Shown here: positions 31,288 to 40,246 of the stretch, one piece after another
Numbering within the stretch: position 1 is the first letter of the stretch
How the letters are laid out: each line of letters starts with the position of its first letter
Source of the DNA: an uncultured Gammaproteobacteria bacterium
Lineage (GTDB): Bacteria > Patescibacteriota > Patescibacteriia > Magasanikbacterales > UBA922
NCBI GenBank assembly: GCA_964597575.1
Contig: CAZQXB010000001.1
Span: forward strand, 594,511 to 658,510
Direction: 5' to 3'
Length of the DNA: 64,000 bases
Program-made: the position numbers and the translations under genes
The notes under the pieces: model-generated
What the model saw: only the letters and a program-made list of their open reading frames with translations
The model's database searches: none
What the model was told of the DNA's origin: nothing

Positions 31288-31698
31288 TTATTTTTTAAGA
31301 AGGTCACGAATTTCTCGAAGAAGCACAATATTCTCCGGTGGAGGTGACACTGCAGCTTCTTCCTTTTTTTCTTCTCGTTCCATTTTTTGGCGAAGCGTGT
31401 TCAGGGCTTTAATAAAAAAGAAAATACTCCCGGAAATGATGAGAAAATCAAAAATCGACTGGATAAAAAGGCCGTAGCGAATGGCAAGTTCCGGCGTATC
31501 CTCTACTGCGGGTTTTAAGATCAGTGTGAGCCATTTAAAATCAACCCCTCCGAGAATTAAACTAATAATCGGGGTAATAATATCAGCCACGAGCGAGCTC
31601 ACAATTTTTCCAAAAGCTCCACCGATGACCACACCAATAGCCAAGTCAACCACATTCCCCTTTGCTGCAAACTGACGAAATTCTGTAAGAATAGACAT
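31288..31698 (-). CDS. mscL: Large-conductance mechanosensitive channel
   Basis: MSILTEFRQFAAKGNVVDLAIGVVIGGAFGKIV. Confidence 0.9.
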   Translation of the reverse strand: MSILTEFRQFAAKGNVVDLAIGVVIGGAFGKIVSSLVADIITPIISLILGGVDFKWLTLILKPAVEDTPELAIRYGLFIQSIFDFLIISGSIFFFIKALNTLRQKMEREEKKEEAAVSPPPENIVLLREIRDLLKK

Positions 31699-31742
31699 AT
31701 ATTAAGTACAGCCACGAAATAACGAGTTCAGTATAGCGTACC

Positions 31743-34322
31743 TTACCTGCCCTGGCTATCGCTTTCAGAAACCAAAGCTTCTTTCGGTGGAGGCAAAAAG
31801 TACTTACGGAGTTCAACCCCAACCAACGGCAAAAGGGATAGTGGAAGAATTGCTCCAAGCAAAGAGAGGGACAGCGGACGTGTTGCAAACAGTTGATTCG
31901 CAATTGGAACGTACACGAATAAAAATGCAATGAGAAGTGTGCCGAGAATGGTGAGTGTAAGAAAGATATTTTTTCCAACATGACGTGAAAAAAGGGAGTG
32001 ACGATCGGATCGGCAATTATATGCGTGCCATAATCGTGATAGAAATGCGGTCATAAACGCAGCGGTCTGTGCCGATTCTGGGTCAAGAACAAGGGCAACT
32101 CCGTACCCAGCGACTGCAGTCACCGTAAGTAGAACGGCTTCAAAAAAGATATTCCCCCATCGGCGGCTGGAAATAATGGGGCGACTTCTCGGCCGCGGTT
32201 TCATATTCATAATATGCCCTTCAGGGGGTTCAAGACCAAGAGCAATGGACGGCGCGGTTTCTGAACCTAAATTTAAAAGAAGAATGTGAATAGGTAAAAG
32301 TGGTGATGGCAAACCCATGAGAAGAGAAGTCAGGATAAAGAGAACCCCGGAAAGATTACAAGAAATTTGATATCGTAGAAATTTTCCAAAATTATGCATG
32401 ATCGTTCTCCCTTGCCGAATACTGTCTACAATCGTCGCATAGTTGTCATCTTCAAGAACAATGTCTGCCACCTCTCGAGCCACATCAGTCCCAGTGCGCC
32501 CCATCGCAATACCAATGTTAGCCGTTTTAATAGCCGGAGCATCGTTTACCCCGTCCCCCGTAACCGCAACCACGTGACCCGTCGCCTGGGCCGCCTCCAC
32601 AATCCGAAGCTTATCAACCGGAGACACCCGAGCGAATACCCGAACAAAGCCAAGGGCAGCTGCCAATTCAGCATCGTTCATTTTTTGTACCATACTTCCT
32701 TCCATAATTGCTTTGTCTCCCGGAATCATTCCAAGCTCAAGCGCGATACTTTTAGCAATAAGTTTATGGTCTCCGGTAATCATTATCGTCTCAATCCCCG
32801 CTCCACGAGCTGCGGCAATGGCAGCAATCACTTCTTTTCGAACTGGGTCACGCATACCAATAAGGCCAAGGTATACATGATTTTTGACCACTTCCTCTTC
32901 GGTAAAAGAAGCAAGATGGTCCGAAGGAGTGCCCAAATTCTTTGTTGAAAAAGCAAGCATGCGTGTACCTTTTGTTGCAAGCTCATCTGTTTTGGTATAG
33001 GGCTGTGTTCCACAATCAATACCCGCACAAATACTTTCTGTCGCACCCTTAGCAATAGCTAAGTACTTTCCATCCGGGCTCTTTACAACAACAACCATCC
33101 GTTTGGTATCTGAAGAAAAAGGAATTTCGTATACTCGCTCATACGAATTACGCACTACTTCAACTGAAATACCTTGTTTTTCTGCAGCTTCGAGCAAGCA
33201 AATTTCGGTAGGGTCTCCCACATATGTTCCATCATCTATTTTTTGTGCGTCAGAGCACAAAATCGCAGCCTCGAGCAGCCACTGGGGCTGTTCAGATATG
33301 ATGTCGGTTACCGTCATTTTATTTTCTGTGAGTGTCCCTGTTTTATCGGTTAAAATGGCTGTCGTACTGCCGAGAGTTTCAACGGCCGTTAAATTTCTCA
33401 CGGTAGCTTTCTGGCGTGCCATAACAGTTACCGATAAAGCAAGGACCGTGGTAACAACCGTCGGCATGCCTTCAGGCACAACCGCCACGGCCAATGAAAT
33501 AGCCGTAAAAAAGGCATCACTTAAACGAAGAGACTGTAAAAGGATGAGCGCAGCAAATACTATCCCTGCTGCAGCACAGGCAAAAATCGTTAAATGAAAC
33601 CCCAAGCGATTTAATTCTTCTTGGAGCGGAGTTTTCTTTTCTGGAGCATGGAGAAGAAGTGCCGACACCTGACCAATTTGAGTGTTGAGGCCTGTCACAA
33701 CGACGACCGCCTCAGCACGACCATGAACCACGACTGTTCCTTTGAACACCATCGTACTCTGATCCCCCATACTCACATCATCCGGAAGCACAGCCATAGC
33801 GTCTTTAAGTGCGGCGTTTGATTCCCCAGTTAACGCAGATTCGTCTGTTTTGAGTTGAGCTGTTTTAAGAAGACGAGCATCTGCCGGAACTTTATCTCCG
33901 GCTTCAAGCACAATAATATCACCTGGCACTAATTCTTCAGACCGAAGAGTGGTGAGTAGCCCCGCGCGTTTCACCTTCGCCGAAGCCACAATTCTTTTTT
34001 TAAGGGCAGCTAAAGCATGTTCAGCTTTTGTCTCTTGGAAAAACCCAATACCGATATTAATCAGTGCAATGGAAAAAATAACCCACGCATCAAGCGTGGC
34101 ACCGATTGCATACGAAAGAATAGCTGCAACTACGAGCAAAATAACCAAAACATCGGTTGATTTTTTTACTAACCGCTGCCACCAAAATATTCGTTTCCCT
34201 TCAGGGATCGCATTGGGCCCATAGATTTTTAATCGCAAAACAGCCTCTTCTTGAGAGAGCCCAGTTGCAGATGACTCGAGTGTCGATAGGACTTTACTCG
34301 AAGGAAGCGAATGGTAGAACAT
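31743..34322 (-). CDS. Cation-transporting P-type ATPase (type II, Ca2+/Mg2+-like)
   Basis: 859 aa with DKTGTLT phosphorylation site, TGES, PEGMPTVVTTVLA, TGDH...GDGVND and about 10 TM segments. Confidence 0.9.
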   Translation of the reverse strand: MFYHSLPSSKVLSTLESSATGLSQEEAVLRLKIYGPNAIPEGKRIFWWQRLVKKSTDVLVILLVVAAILSYAIGATLDAWVIFSIALINIGIGFFQETKAEHALAALKKRIVASAKVKRAGLLTTLRSEELVPGDIIVLEAGDKVPADARLLKTAQLKTDESALTGESNAALKDAMAVLPDDVSMGDQSTMVFKGTVVVHGRAEAVVVVTGLNTQIGQVSALLLHAPEKKTPLQEELNRLGFHLTIFACAAAGIVFAALILLQSLRLSDAFFTAISLAVAVVPEGMPTVVTTVLALSVTVMARQKATVRNLTAVETLGSTTAILTDKTGTLTENKMTVTDIISEQPQWLLEAAILCSDAQKIDDGTYVGDPTEICLLEAAEKQGISVEVVRNSYERVYEIPFSSDTKRMVVVVKSPDGKYLAIAKGATESICAGIDCGTQPYTKTDELATKGTRMLAFSTKNLGTPSDHLASFTEEEVVKNHVYLGLIGMRDPVRKEVIAAIAAARGAGIETIMITGDHKLIAKSIALELGMIPGDKAIMEGSMVQKMNDAELAAALGFVRVFARVSPVDKLRIVEAAQATGHVVAVTGDGVNDAPAIKTANIGIAMGRTGTDVAREVADIVLEDDNYATIVDSIRQGRTIMHNFGKFLRYQISCNLSGVLFILTSLLMGLPSPLLPIHILLLNLGSETAPSIALGLEPPEGHIMNMKPRPRSRPIISSRRWGNIFFEAVLLTVTAVAGYGVALVLDPESAQTAAFMTAFLSRLWHAYNCRSDRHSLFSRHVGKNIFLTLTILGTLLIAFLFVYVPIANQLFATRPLSLSLLGAILPLSLLPLVGVELRKYFLPPPKEALVSESDSQGR

Positions 34323-34342
34323 GTCAAAAAGTATATCACGAG

Positions 34343-35758
34343 TTAGCTCTTTCTCTCGACAGCCCGAAATATGCGGGGATCAAAAATAGAATCATCAAGC
34401 ACGCCGTGCACAAGGTAAAGCGCTAAACGCTTTGCTCCATATATCGAGGGGAGGATTCCGATTCCATTGCACCCTAAGTTGTAGAGGAGCAAGGGATTTT
34501 CTGGTTCAGGACCAATACAACGAAGTCCGGTACTCGTATACCCCATGAGCCCGTGCCACTCGTAGGTAAATTTTACTTTCCTTTTGGGTGCCGGAGCAAA
34601 AGTAGTCTTCAAAAAATTTCTCATTTCTTTTGTTGCCTGCTTTGGATACGGATGAAGATCCTTTGTATATTCGCCACCAGGAGGAAGTTCACTCTCTGGA
34701 CCACCGATGCATACTAAGTTGTGTGTTTCGTCTTTTTCATACTCATGGGCTCGGCGTGTAATAAGAAAGTACGGGTCGGCCTCGGCGGCTCCACTGCCCT
34801 CTTTGGCTCGACTATTTGAAACGTAACTAATTCCCGTAGGCGGACTTCCGAGCGGCTCAAGATACCCAGCCATGTACCCAATGCGACCTGTAACCATATC
34901 ATGAAACATCGTATCGACCGGCTCCCCGACCGTATTGGTAATACGAATTCGTTCAAACCCGTTGGTGCAAAGCACGATATGGCCTGCAGTAATTGTACCA
35001 CCATCAGACACGGCCTTCGCTTCACGACGCATGAGGTCGACCTGATCAATGGGAGTCTGTTCAAATACCTGAAGACGTTCGGGGTAGCGGGACATGAGTG
35101 CTGACAAAAGCTCTTCAGTAAAAAGAGCACTATTCACGCATCCTTTTCTACTCACCAGTGCTGCCACATATGCTTCATTTTTCGATTCCGTAAGTTCTAA
35201 AATGCGACTCGGGGATACCGCCGCACAAAGCGATTGATAGGCCGCAGGAATTTTAGGGAAAATCTGTTCAGAAACTAACATGTTCTCAATGGAGAGCCCC
35301 GCCTCTCTTTGAAGGCGAATATCTTCTAAATACGAAACCACGTCCTCAAGGGAAGCTAAGGCGGCATACCCAGTAAACGTCGAAAGCGGGGTTTTCAGTT
35401 CAAACGTTTTGTACAGAAAGAAGAGCAAATCCCATGCACTAAAAATGCCTTCTTGAGCTTTTGCAGCAAGTGGTAAGCCGTACACGCGAGCAATATCACT
35501 AAACGGCCGCTCAAAATAACTCACAATTTGCCCTGCATTGTGCCCGGTCGCGCCATGAGCAATTTTTCCCGCATCCACAAGAACAATTTTTTTCTCGGTA
35601 TCAAGAAGAAGGAAAGCAGCCGTAGTTACCCCGGCAATACCGCCACCAATAATTAAAACCTCGGTAGAAATATCCTCTGAAAGCTTTTTCGCGGCCCGTG
35701 TGCGACGAAGCGTGTGAATCCAAGGTGAAAAATTTTGTTTCCGGCGTCGAAAAAACAT
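34343..35758 (-). CDS. FAD-dependent oxidoreductase (DAO family)
   Basis: Rossmann dinucleotide motif VLIIGGGIAGVTTAAFL and C-terminal HGLMGYT. Confidence 0.7.
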   Translation of the reverse strand: MFFRRRKQNFSPWIHTLRRTRAAKKLSEDISTEVLIIGGGIAGVTTAAFLLLDTEKKIVLVDAGKIAHGATGHNAGQIVSYFERPFSDIARVYGLPLAAKAQEGIFSAWDLLFFLYKTFELKTPLSTFTGYAALASLEDVVSYLEDIRLQREAGLSIENMLVSEQIFPKIPAAYQSLCAAVSPSRILELTESKNEAYVAALVSRKGCVNSALFTEELLSALMSRYPERLQVFEQTPIDQVDLMRREAKAVSDGGTITAGHIVLCTNGFERIRITNTVGEPVDTMFHDMVTGRIGYMAGYLEPLGSPPTGISYVSNSRAKEGSGAAEADPYFLITRRAHEYEKDETHNLVCIGGPESELPPGGEYTKDLHPYPKQATKEMRNFLKTTFAPAPKRKVKFTYEWHGLMGYTSTGLRCIGPEPENPLLLYNLGCNGIGILPSIYGAKRLALYLVHGVLDDSIFDPRIFRAVERKS

Positions 35759-35761
35759 ACA

Positions 35762-36490
35762 CTACTTTGCTTTACGCATATAATATGCCCGGGTTTCAGG
35801 CGTAAACCGTTCAATGGCATACCGAAGCATAGTTCGAGGCATATAATCTTTGTGTGTTTCTAAAAAAGCCTGTAGTACCCCTGGATTCTTTTTACCGACC
35901 TCTCGGAGCATCCAGCCTGCAGCTTTATGCATCAGATCCTCCTTATCCTTCAACACAGTGGCAGCTGCAAAAAGAGTGGGTTCAAAAATACCTGTACGGA
36001 TAAATGCCCATGTGGAAACTACGCCTATCCGACGATCCCACAATCTTTTGCTTTTAAGAAGCTCGCCCTGAGTCTTTTTTACCCATATTTTTCTCGTACG
36101 ATATTCTTGAAGCCAAAAATCACCGACAAGGTATGGAGCAGTAAGATCAACCAAATCCCAATTATTCGCAGCGGATTTTTCTTTTATGAAAAAAGAATAT
36201 AATTGTTTTTTTTCTTTGAGAGAAGCGGCTTCGTACTGCATCACAAGTATCTCAAGCCCCACCAAGCGATCTTCATGCCAAGTACTACTTAATAATTGTT
36301 TTACAACAGAAAGCGGAGCGTCTTTATATTTTTTTGCGACCAAACGGCAGGCGGGCACGGTCACCCCGATGAATTTATCACCAAACCCGTACTCCCCTTT
36401 TTTGGTTTTAAAAAACCAGGTAAGTGTTTTGCCATACCCCGGCTTTTTAACCTTTCGAAGGTCTTTTTTGATAACAACGGCATTGGTCAT
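35762..36490 (-). CDS. DNA alkylation repair enzyme (AlkC/AlkD-like HEAT-repeat glycosylase)
   Basis: 242 aa with YGFGDKFIGVTVPACRLVAKKY ... WHEDRLVGLEIL ... ANNWDLVDL, matching the DNA_alkylation family pattern. Confidence 0.7.
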   Translation of the reverse strand: MTNAVVIKKDLRKVKKPGYGKTLTWFFKTKKGEYGFGDKFIGVTVPACRLVAKKYKDAPLSVVKQLLSSTWHEDRLVGLEILVMQYEAASLKEKKQLYSFFIKEKSAANNWDLVDLTAPYLVGDFWLQEYRTRKIWVKKTQGELLKSKRLWDRRIGVVSTWAFIRTGIFEPTLFAAATVLKDKEDLMHKAAGWMLREVGKKNPGVLQAFLETHKDYMPRTMLRYAIERFTPETRAYYMRKAK

Positions 36491-36610
36491 AGCTTAAAAC
36501 ACTGTACCATATTATGATCATTTTCTGAAGACAAAAGGCTTTACCTCAAAAGCACTCCGACGGACAGATGTTTTTTTCAGAAATGATCTTAAATGAAATA
36601 TAAGAAGGGT

Positions 36611-36638
36611 TGTTTCCCTGGTCACCACAGGGTACAAT
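36611..36638 (+). promoter_or_regulatory. Possible promoter TTGTTT-17-TACAAT abutting the helicase start (possible leaderless or short-leader mRNA using the second ATG at 36651)
   Basis: The hexamers are read from the sequence. The -10 ends 1 nt before the first ATG, so the start site may be 36651. Confidence 0.3.
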
Positions 36639-37970
36639 ATGGAAACATACCATATGACCCAAGAGGAAGCGCTCGACATTTTAAAGATGGGCCACAATGT
36701 TTTTCTCACGGGGCCGGCCGGAAGTGGCAAGACCTATGTTTTGAATTCTTACATTAAGTATCTAAAAAAACACAAGGTCCCGGTGGCAGTTACCGCTTCA
36801 ACCGGAATTGCCGCAGCCCATATGGATGGCACAACAATTCATTCCTGGACAGGCATTGGCCTTAAGGATTCCCTCACTCGTAAACAACTTACTGAACTAT
36901 CCAAAAACAAAGAACTGGTTGCGCGCATTGAAGGTGCTCGAGTTCTTATCATCGATGAAATCTCTATGCTTGATTCCAAGCGTTTTGAAGCCATTCAGAT
37001 GGTTTGCCAAAGCATACGAAAAAGCGCCCGGCCATTTGGTGGAATACAACTCGTTTTATGTGGAGATTTTTTTCAGCTTCCGCCAGTCGCTAAAAGAGAT
37101 GCTCCAGCCCCCCAGTTTTGCTTCACCTCCTATGCTTGGCGCGAAGCCAATATTGTCACCTGCTACCTCGAAAAACAATACCGCCAACACGACACACGCT
37201 TTCTCGACACGCTAAACGCTATCCGAAACAATGCGGTTACCCCAGAAATTCGAGCCACTTTGCTTGAGCGTCAAGGAAAACCCATCGAAGGAGTAGTAAA
37301 GCCAACGAAACTCTATACCCACAACCAGCGCGTAGACGAAGTGAATGCATTTGAGTTGAATCAAATTGAGGGGGAAACTTCAATTTACCGCATGAAATAC
37401 GATGGCGGATATACGGAAATTGATGAGCTTAAAAAATCGTGCCTTGCACCAGAAGAATTGGTAATCAAAAAAGGAGCGTTTGTCATGTTCACTAAAAATA
37501 ATTACGAAGCCGGGTACGTTAACGGCACTCTTGGAACGGTCGTCGCGATTGAAATCGATACCAACCATCCTGTTGTTCAAAAACTGGATGGCACAACGGT
37601 TGTAGCGAAACCCAGCGATTGGGTTATGGAAGACGATAGCGGAGAAGTGCTTGCCACCATTACTCAAATCCCCCTCAGGCTTGCCTGGGCCATGACCATT
37701 CATAAAAGCCAAGGGATGAGTTTGGATGCAGCCGAAATTGACCTCGGAAGTGCGTTTACCGAAGGAATGGGGTATGTAGCGCTGTCACGCGTTCGATCAC
37801 TTTCTGGAATTAAATTGCTTGGTTTAAATACCATGGCGCTTCGGGTAAACCCACTCGTTCATGAAGTAGATACCGAATTACGTATACTCTCGCTTGAGAG
37901 AGAAAAAGAATTACAAAAACTCCCCAAACGAGAAAAACAAGATCTCCACAAAAAATTTCTAAAAAAATAA
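36639..37970 (+). CDS. PIF1-family ATP-dependent DNA helicase
   Basis: GPAGSGKTYVL (motif I), VAVTASTGIAA, LIIDEISML (motif II) and GGIQLVLCGDFFQLPPV, the PIF1/RecD-like signature, plus a C-terminal SH3-like region. Confidence 0.75.
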   Translation: METYHMTQEEALDILKMGHNVFLTGPAGSGKTYVLNSYIKYLKKHKVPVAVTASTGIAAAHMDGTTIHSWTGIGLKDSLTRKQLTELSKNKELVARIEGARVLIIDEISMLDSKRFEAIQMVCQSIRKSARPFGGIQLVLCGDFFQLPPVAKRDAPAPQFCFTSYAWREANIVTCYLEKQYRQHDTRFLDTLNAIRNNAVTPEIRATLLERQGKPIEGVVKPTKLYTHNQRVDEVNAFELNQIEGETSIYRMKYDGGYTEIDELKKSCLAPEELVIKKGAFVMFTKNNYEAGYVNGTLGTVVAIEIDTNHPVVQKLDGTTVVAKPSDWVMEDDSGEVLATITQIPLRLAWAMTIHKSQGMSLDAAEIDLGSAFTEGMGYVALSRVRSLSGIKLLGLNTMALRVNPLVHEVDTELRILSLEREKELQKLPKREKQDLHKKFLKK

Positions 37971-37996
37971 ATCCGGCAAATCGCCGGATTTATTTT
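37969..37996. terminator. Bidirectional rho-independent terminator (aaatccggc-aaatc-gccggattt)
   Basis: A perfect 9-bp stem flanked by A- and T-tracts, between the convergent helicase and META genes. Confidence 0.7.
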
Positions 37997-38010
37997 AACG
38001 AAATAAGAAT

Positions 38011-38610
38011 CTATTGACCAAGAACACGGGTAAATGTCATCGTTCCTGCACCACCCTTGAGGTTTAATGTAAGCGTATTTCCAGATGCAGATACCGTATA
38101 CCCAATCACATCAGTTAAATACCCAGAATAAATAGTTTCTTGAGAATCTTTGCAATACATAAGGGTTGATGTTAACGGACCGATGCTCATGTATCCAGCA
38201 TTTGCGGTGTATTTTCCAGAAACGCTATTGCAGTCAGTGTGACTTACCATGCGTTCTCGCGTTTCAAAACTGAGCACAAAACGTTCAGGATTTTTTGGAG
38301 TAAACGTTCCTGTTTTAAGGGTTGTTTTCTGCCACTTCCAGGTTGTTCCGAATAAAGCTCCATTCATCGGTTCCGGAGTTGGCGCAGGAACTGGTGCTTT
38401 CGGAGTAGGCGCTGGCGGCTTAACTGCTCGAGCAGGTGGTTTTACCGCCGTTCCCGGAGCTACCACAGTAGTTGTTGGAGCTGCGCTTGGCTGAGGATCC
38501 ACTCCCTGTTTCTTTTCCTTATCTGGTTTCATCATGAATGCCACCCCGAGCGAAATAATAACGACCCCTGCCACGACAACAAGAAAAATAAATGGCGCCT
38601 TCTTTGTCAT
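38011..38610 (-). CDS. Membrane-anchored META-domain (DUF306/HslJ-like) protein
   Basis: TM anchor (FIFLVVVAGVVIISLGVAF), a PA-rich linker and a C-terminal META-like domain (CNSVSGKYTANAGYMSIGPLTSTLMYC). A GTG at 38682 overlaps the upstream stop, so the start is uncertain. Confidence 0.65.
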   Translation of the reverse strand: MTKKAPFIFLVVVAGVVIISLGVAFMMKPDKEKKQGVDPQPSAAPTTTVVAPGTAVKPPARAVKPPAPTPKAPVPAPTPEPMNGALFGTTWKWQKTTLKTGTFTPKNPERFVLSFETRERMVSHTDCNSVSGKYTANAGYMSIGPLTSTLMYCKDSQETIYSGYLTDVIGYTVSASGNTLTLNLKGGAGTMTFTRVLGQ

Positions 38611-38678
38611 ACTTATGAAGAATAAGAAATATTGTATAGTATAGCACACTCTATACAAAATTATCTCTTTTTTTCTCC

Positions 38679-39956
38679 TCACGATAATCCCTGACGTATC
38701 TCTTCTTCCACTAAACGCTTTGGGCGAGCATATGCTAAACGACTTAAACGCCGAAGTGTTGTAATTTGTTCCGCGTCGGCAGTGCCCCGTGCAGGTAAAC
38801 TTACTCCAGAAAACGCTTCACTCATTTTGCCATCAATCATGAGCTTCAAATAAAAATGAAATTTTGGAAGGTTAAGGAAATCTTCTTTCTTTATCGGATA
38901 GAATTCTTTTGCGAGCATCTCTGCATCTTCCACACCGACCCCAAAAGCCATAAATGTGCCTACGTTTCCTAAAATAGAATCTTGCATTCGTTCGGGAAGC
39001 TGTGCAAAGTACTGATTGGTCAAGTGAACCCCAAGCCCGTACTTGCGTGATTCCGAAAGTAAGCTTGAAAAGGTATCAGAAATAAGATTCTGAAACTCGT
39101 CGACATACAAATAAAAAGGGTATCGTTTTTCGACCGGCAACCCCGCTCTTTTTAAAATCGCAGCCTGTAATTTTGAAATGAAAATAAGCCCGAGCATCTG
39201 TGCATTAATGTCCCCAATTTTTCCTTTCGAAAGATCAATCAAAAGAATCTTTTCTCGATCAAGGATGTGGTCAAACTGAAAAGCTGATTTTCTCTGCCCG
39301 ATGATATTTCTCATGAGGCCGTTATTCATGAAGTGGCCAAATTTTGAGGTAAAATAATTAAGCATTTCGGATTTATGAAAATCTGAGGTACTTGCCATCT
39401 GCTTTGTCCAAAAATCAATCACCAGTGGGTCTTTTATGAACTTCCGCTTCGCAAGCTCAAACCGTTTATCAATAAAAAGTTTCGGGATCTCAATAAGGCT
39501 TCCCCCTTCTGGCCCCGCCATCACGGTCAGGGCCGCGCTCCGAAGCCAGTGCTCAAATTGTGGACCAATGATCCCTGTTTTATCCGGATCAAATAATTTA
39601 TAAAAAATTTCAATAACCTGAGCCACGAGAAAATCTTTTTCTGCTTCGTCACGCCACTCAAGCAAATTTAACCCAAAGGAGCATTCCGCATCAGAAGGAT
39701 CAAACAAAATAACATCCTCTAGACGGTTTTTTGGAATACGTTCTAAAAGCCAAGCGATCGACTCACCGTGAGGGTCGATGAAACAGACGCCATGCTGGTT
39801 TTCAATATCCTGCAAGCAAAGATTTTGAAACATGGTGGACTTCCCTGCCCCGGTTTTTCCAAGCATATACATATGCCGCAAACGATCGGCATCTTTATAC
39901 ACGATAGAGGTTTTTTTATTCCGAAACTCATTCGTTCCAAGGAGAACAGTAGGCAT
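38679..39956 (-). CDS. Soluble P-loop NTPase of the TraD/TraG/VirD4 coupling-protein (HerA/FtsK-like) superfamily
   Basis: 425 aa. HMYMLGKTGAGKST (Walker A) is followed by FIDPHGE. ILLIDLSKGKIG, LYVDEFQNL (Walker B-like) and ESRKYGLGVHLTNQYFAQL are also present, with no N-terminal TM segments. Confidence 0.6.
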   Translation of the reverse strand: MPTVLLGTNEFRNKKTSIVYKDADRLRHMYMLGKTGAGKSTMFQNLCLQDIENQHGVCFIDPHGESIAWLLERIPKNRLEDVILFDPSDAECSFGLNLLEWRDEAEKDFLVAQVIEIFYKLFDPDKTGIIGPQFEHWLRSAALTVMAGPEGGSLIEIPKLFIDKRFELAKRKFIKDPLVIDFWTKQMASTSDFHKSEMLNYFTSKFGHFMNNGLMRNIIGQRKSAFQFDHILDREKILLIDLSKGKIGDINAQMLGLIFISKLQAAILKRAGLPVEKRYPFYLYVDEFQNLISDTFSSLLSESRKYGLGVHLTNQYFAQLPERMQDSILGNVGTFMAFGVGVEDAEMLAKEFYPIKKEDFLNLPKFHFYLKLMIDGKMSEAFSGVSLPARGTADAEQITTLRRLSRLAYARPKRLVEEEIRQGLS

Positions 39957-39961
39957 ACAAT

Positions 39962-40246
39962 TTATTCTTCAGTTCCGAAAAACTTTTGCTCAAAATAATA
40001 GGGCGGGAGAACAAACGAATAGTGAGATAGTGTCTCTTGTTTTGCCTCCTCAACCGCAAATAGTTTTTTTAAGGCTTTTCTTTCTTGCTCTAACTTTTCT
40101 TCAATAGTATGAAAAAACTTTGGACTTACCACTCTTTCAATCTTTTTAAGCTCTGCACAACGCGCATGATAAAGAGCTGTAATATCTTCTTCAGAAAGCA
40201 TCGGGGCTTCCGCGCTGCCATGTATAGGGGAATAGAAGTGGGTCAT
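39962..40246 (-). CDS. Hypothetical 94-aa protein
   Basis: It overlaps the upstream AAA+ gene stop by 4 nt (ATGA) and has no family match. Confidence 0.4.
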   Translation of the reverse strand: MTHFYSPIHGSAEAPMLSEEDITALYHARCAELKKIERVVSPKFFHTIEEKLEQERKALKKLFAVEEAKQETLSHYSFVLPPYYFEQKFFGTEE

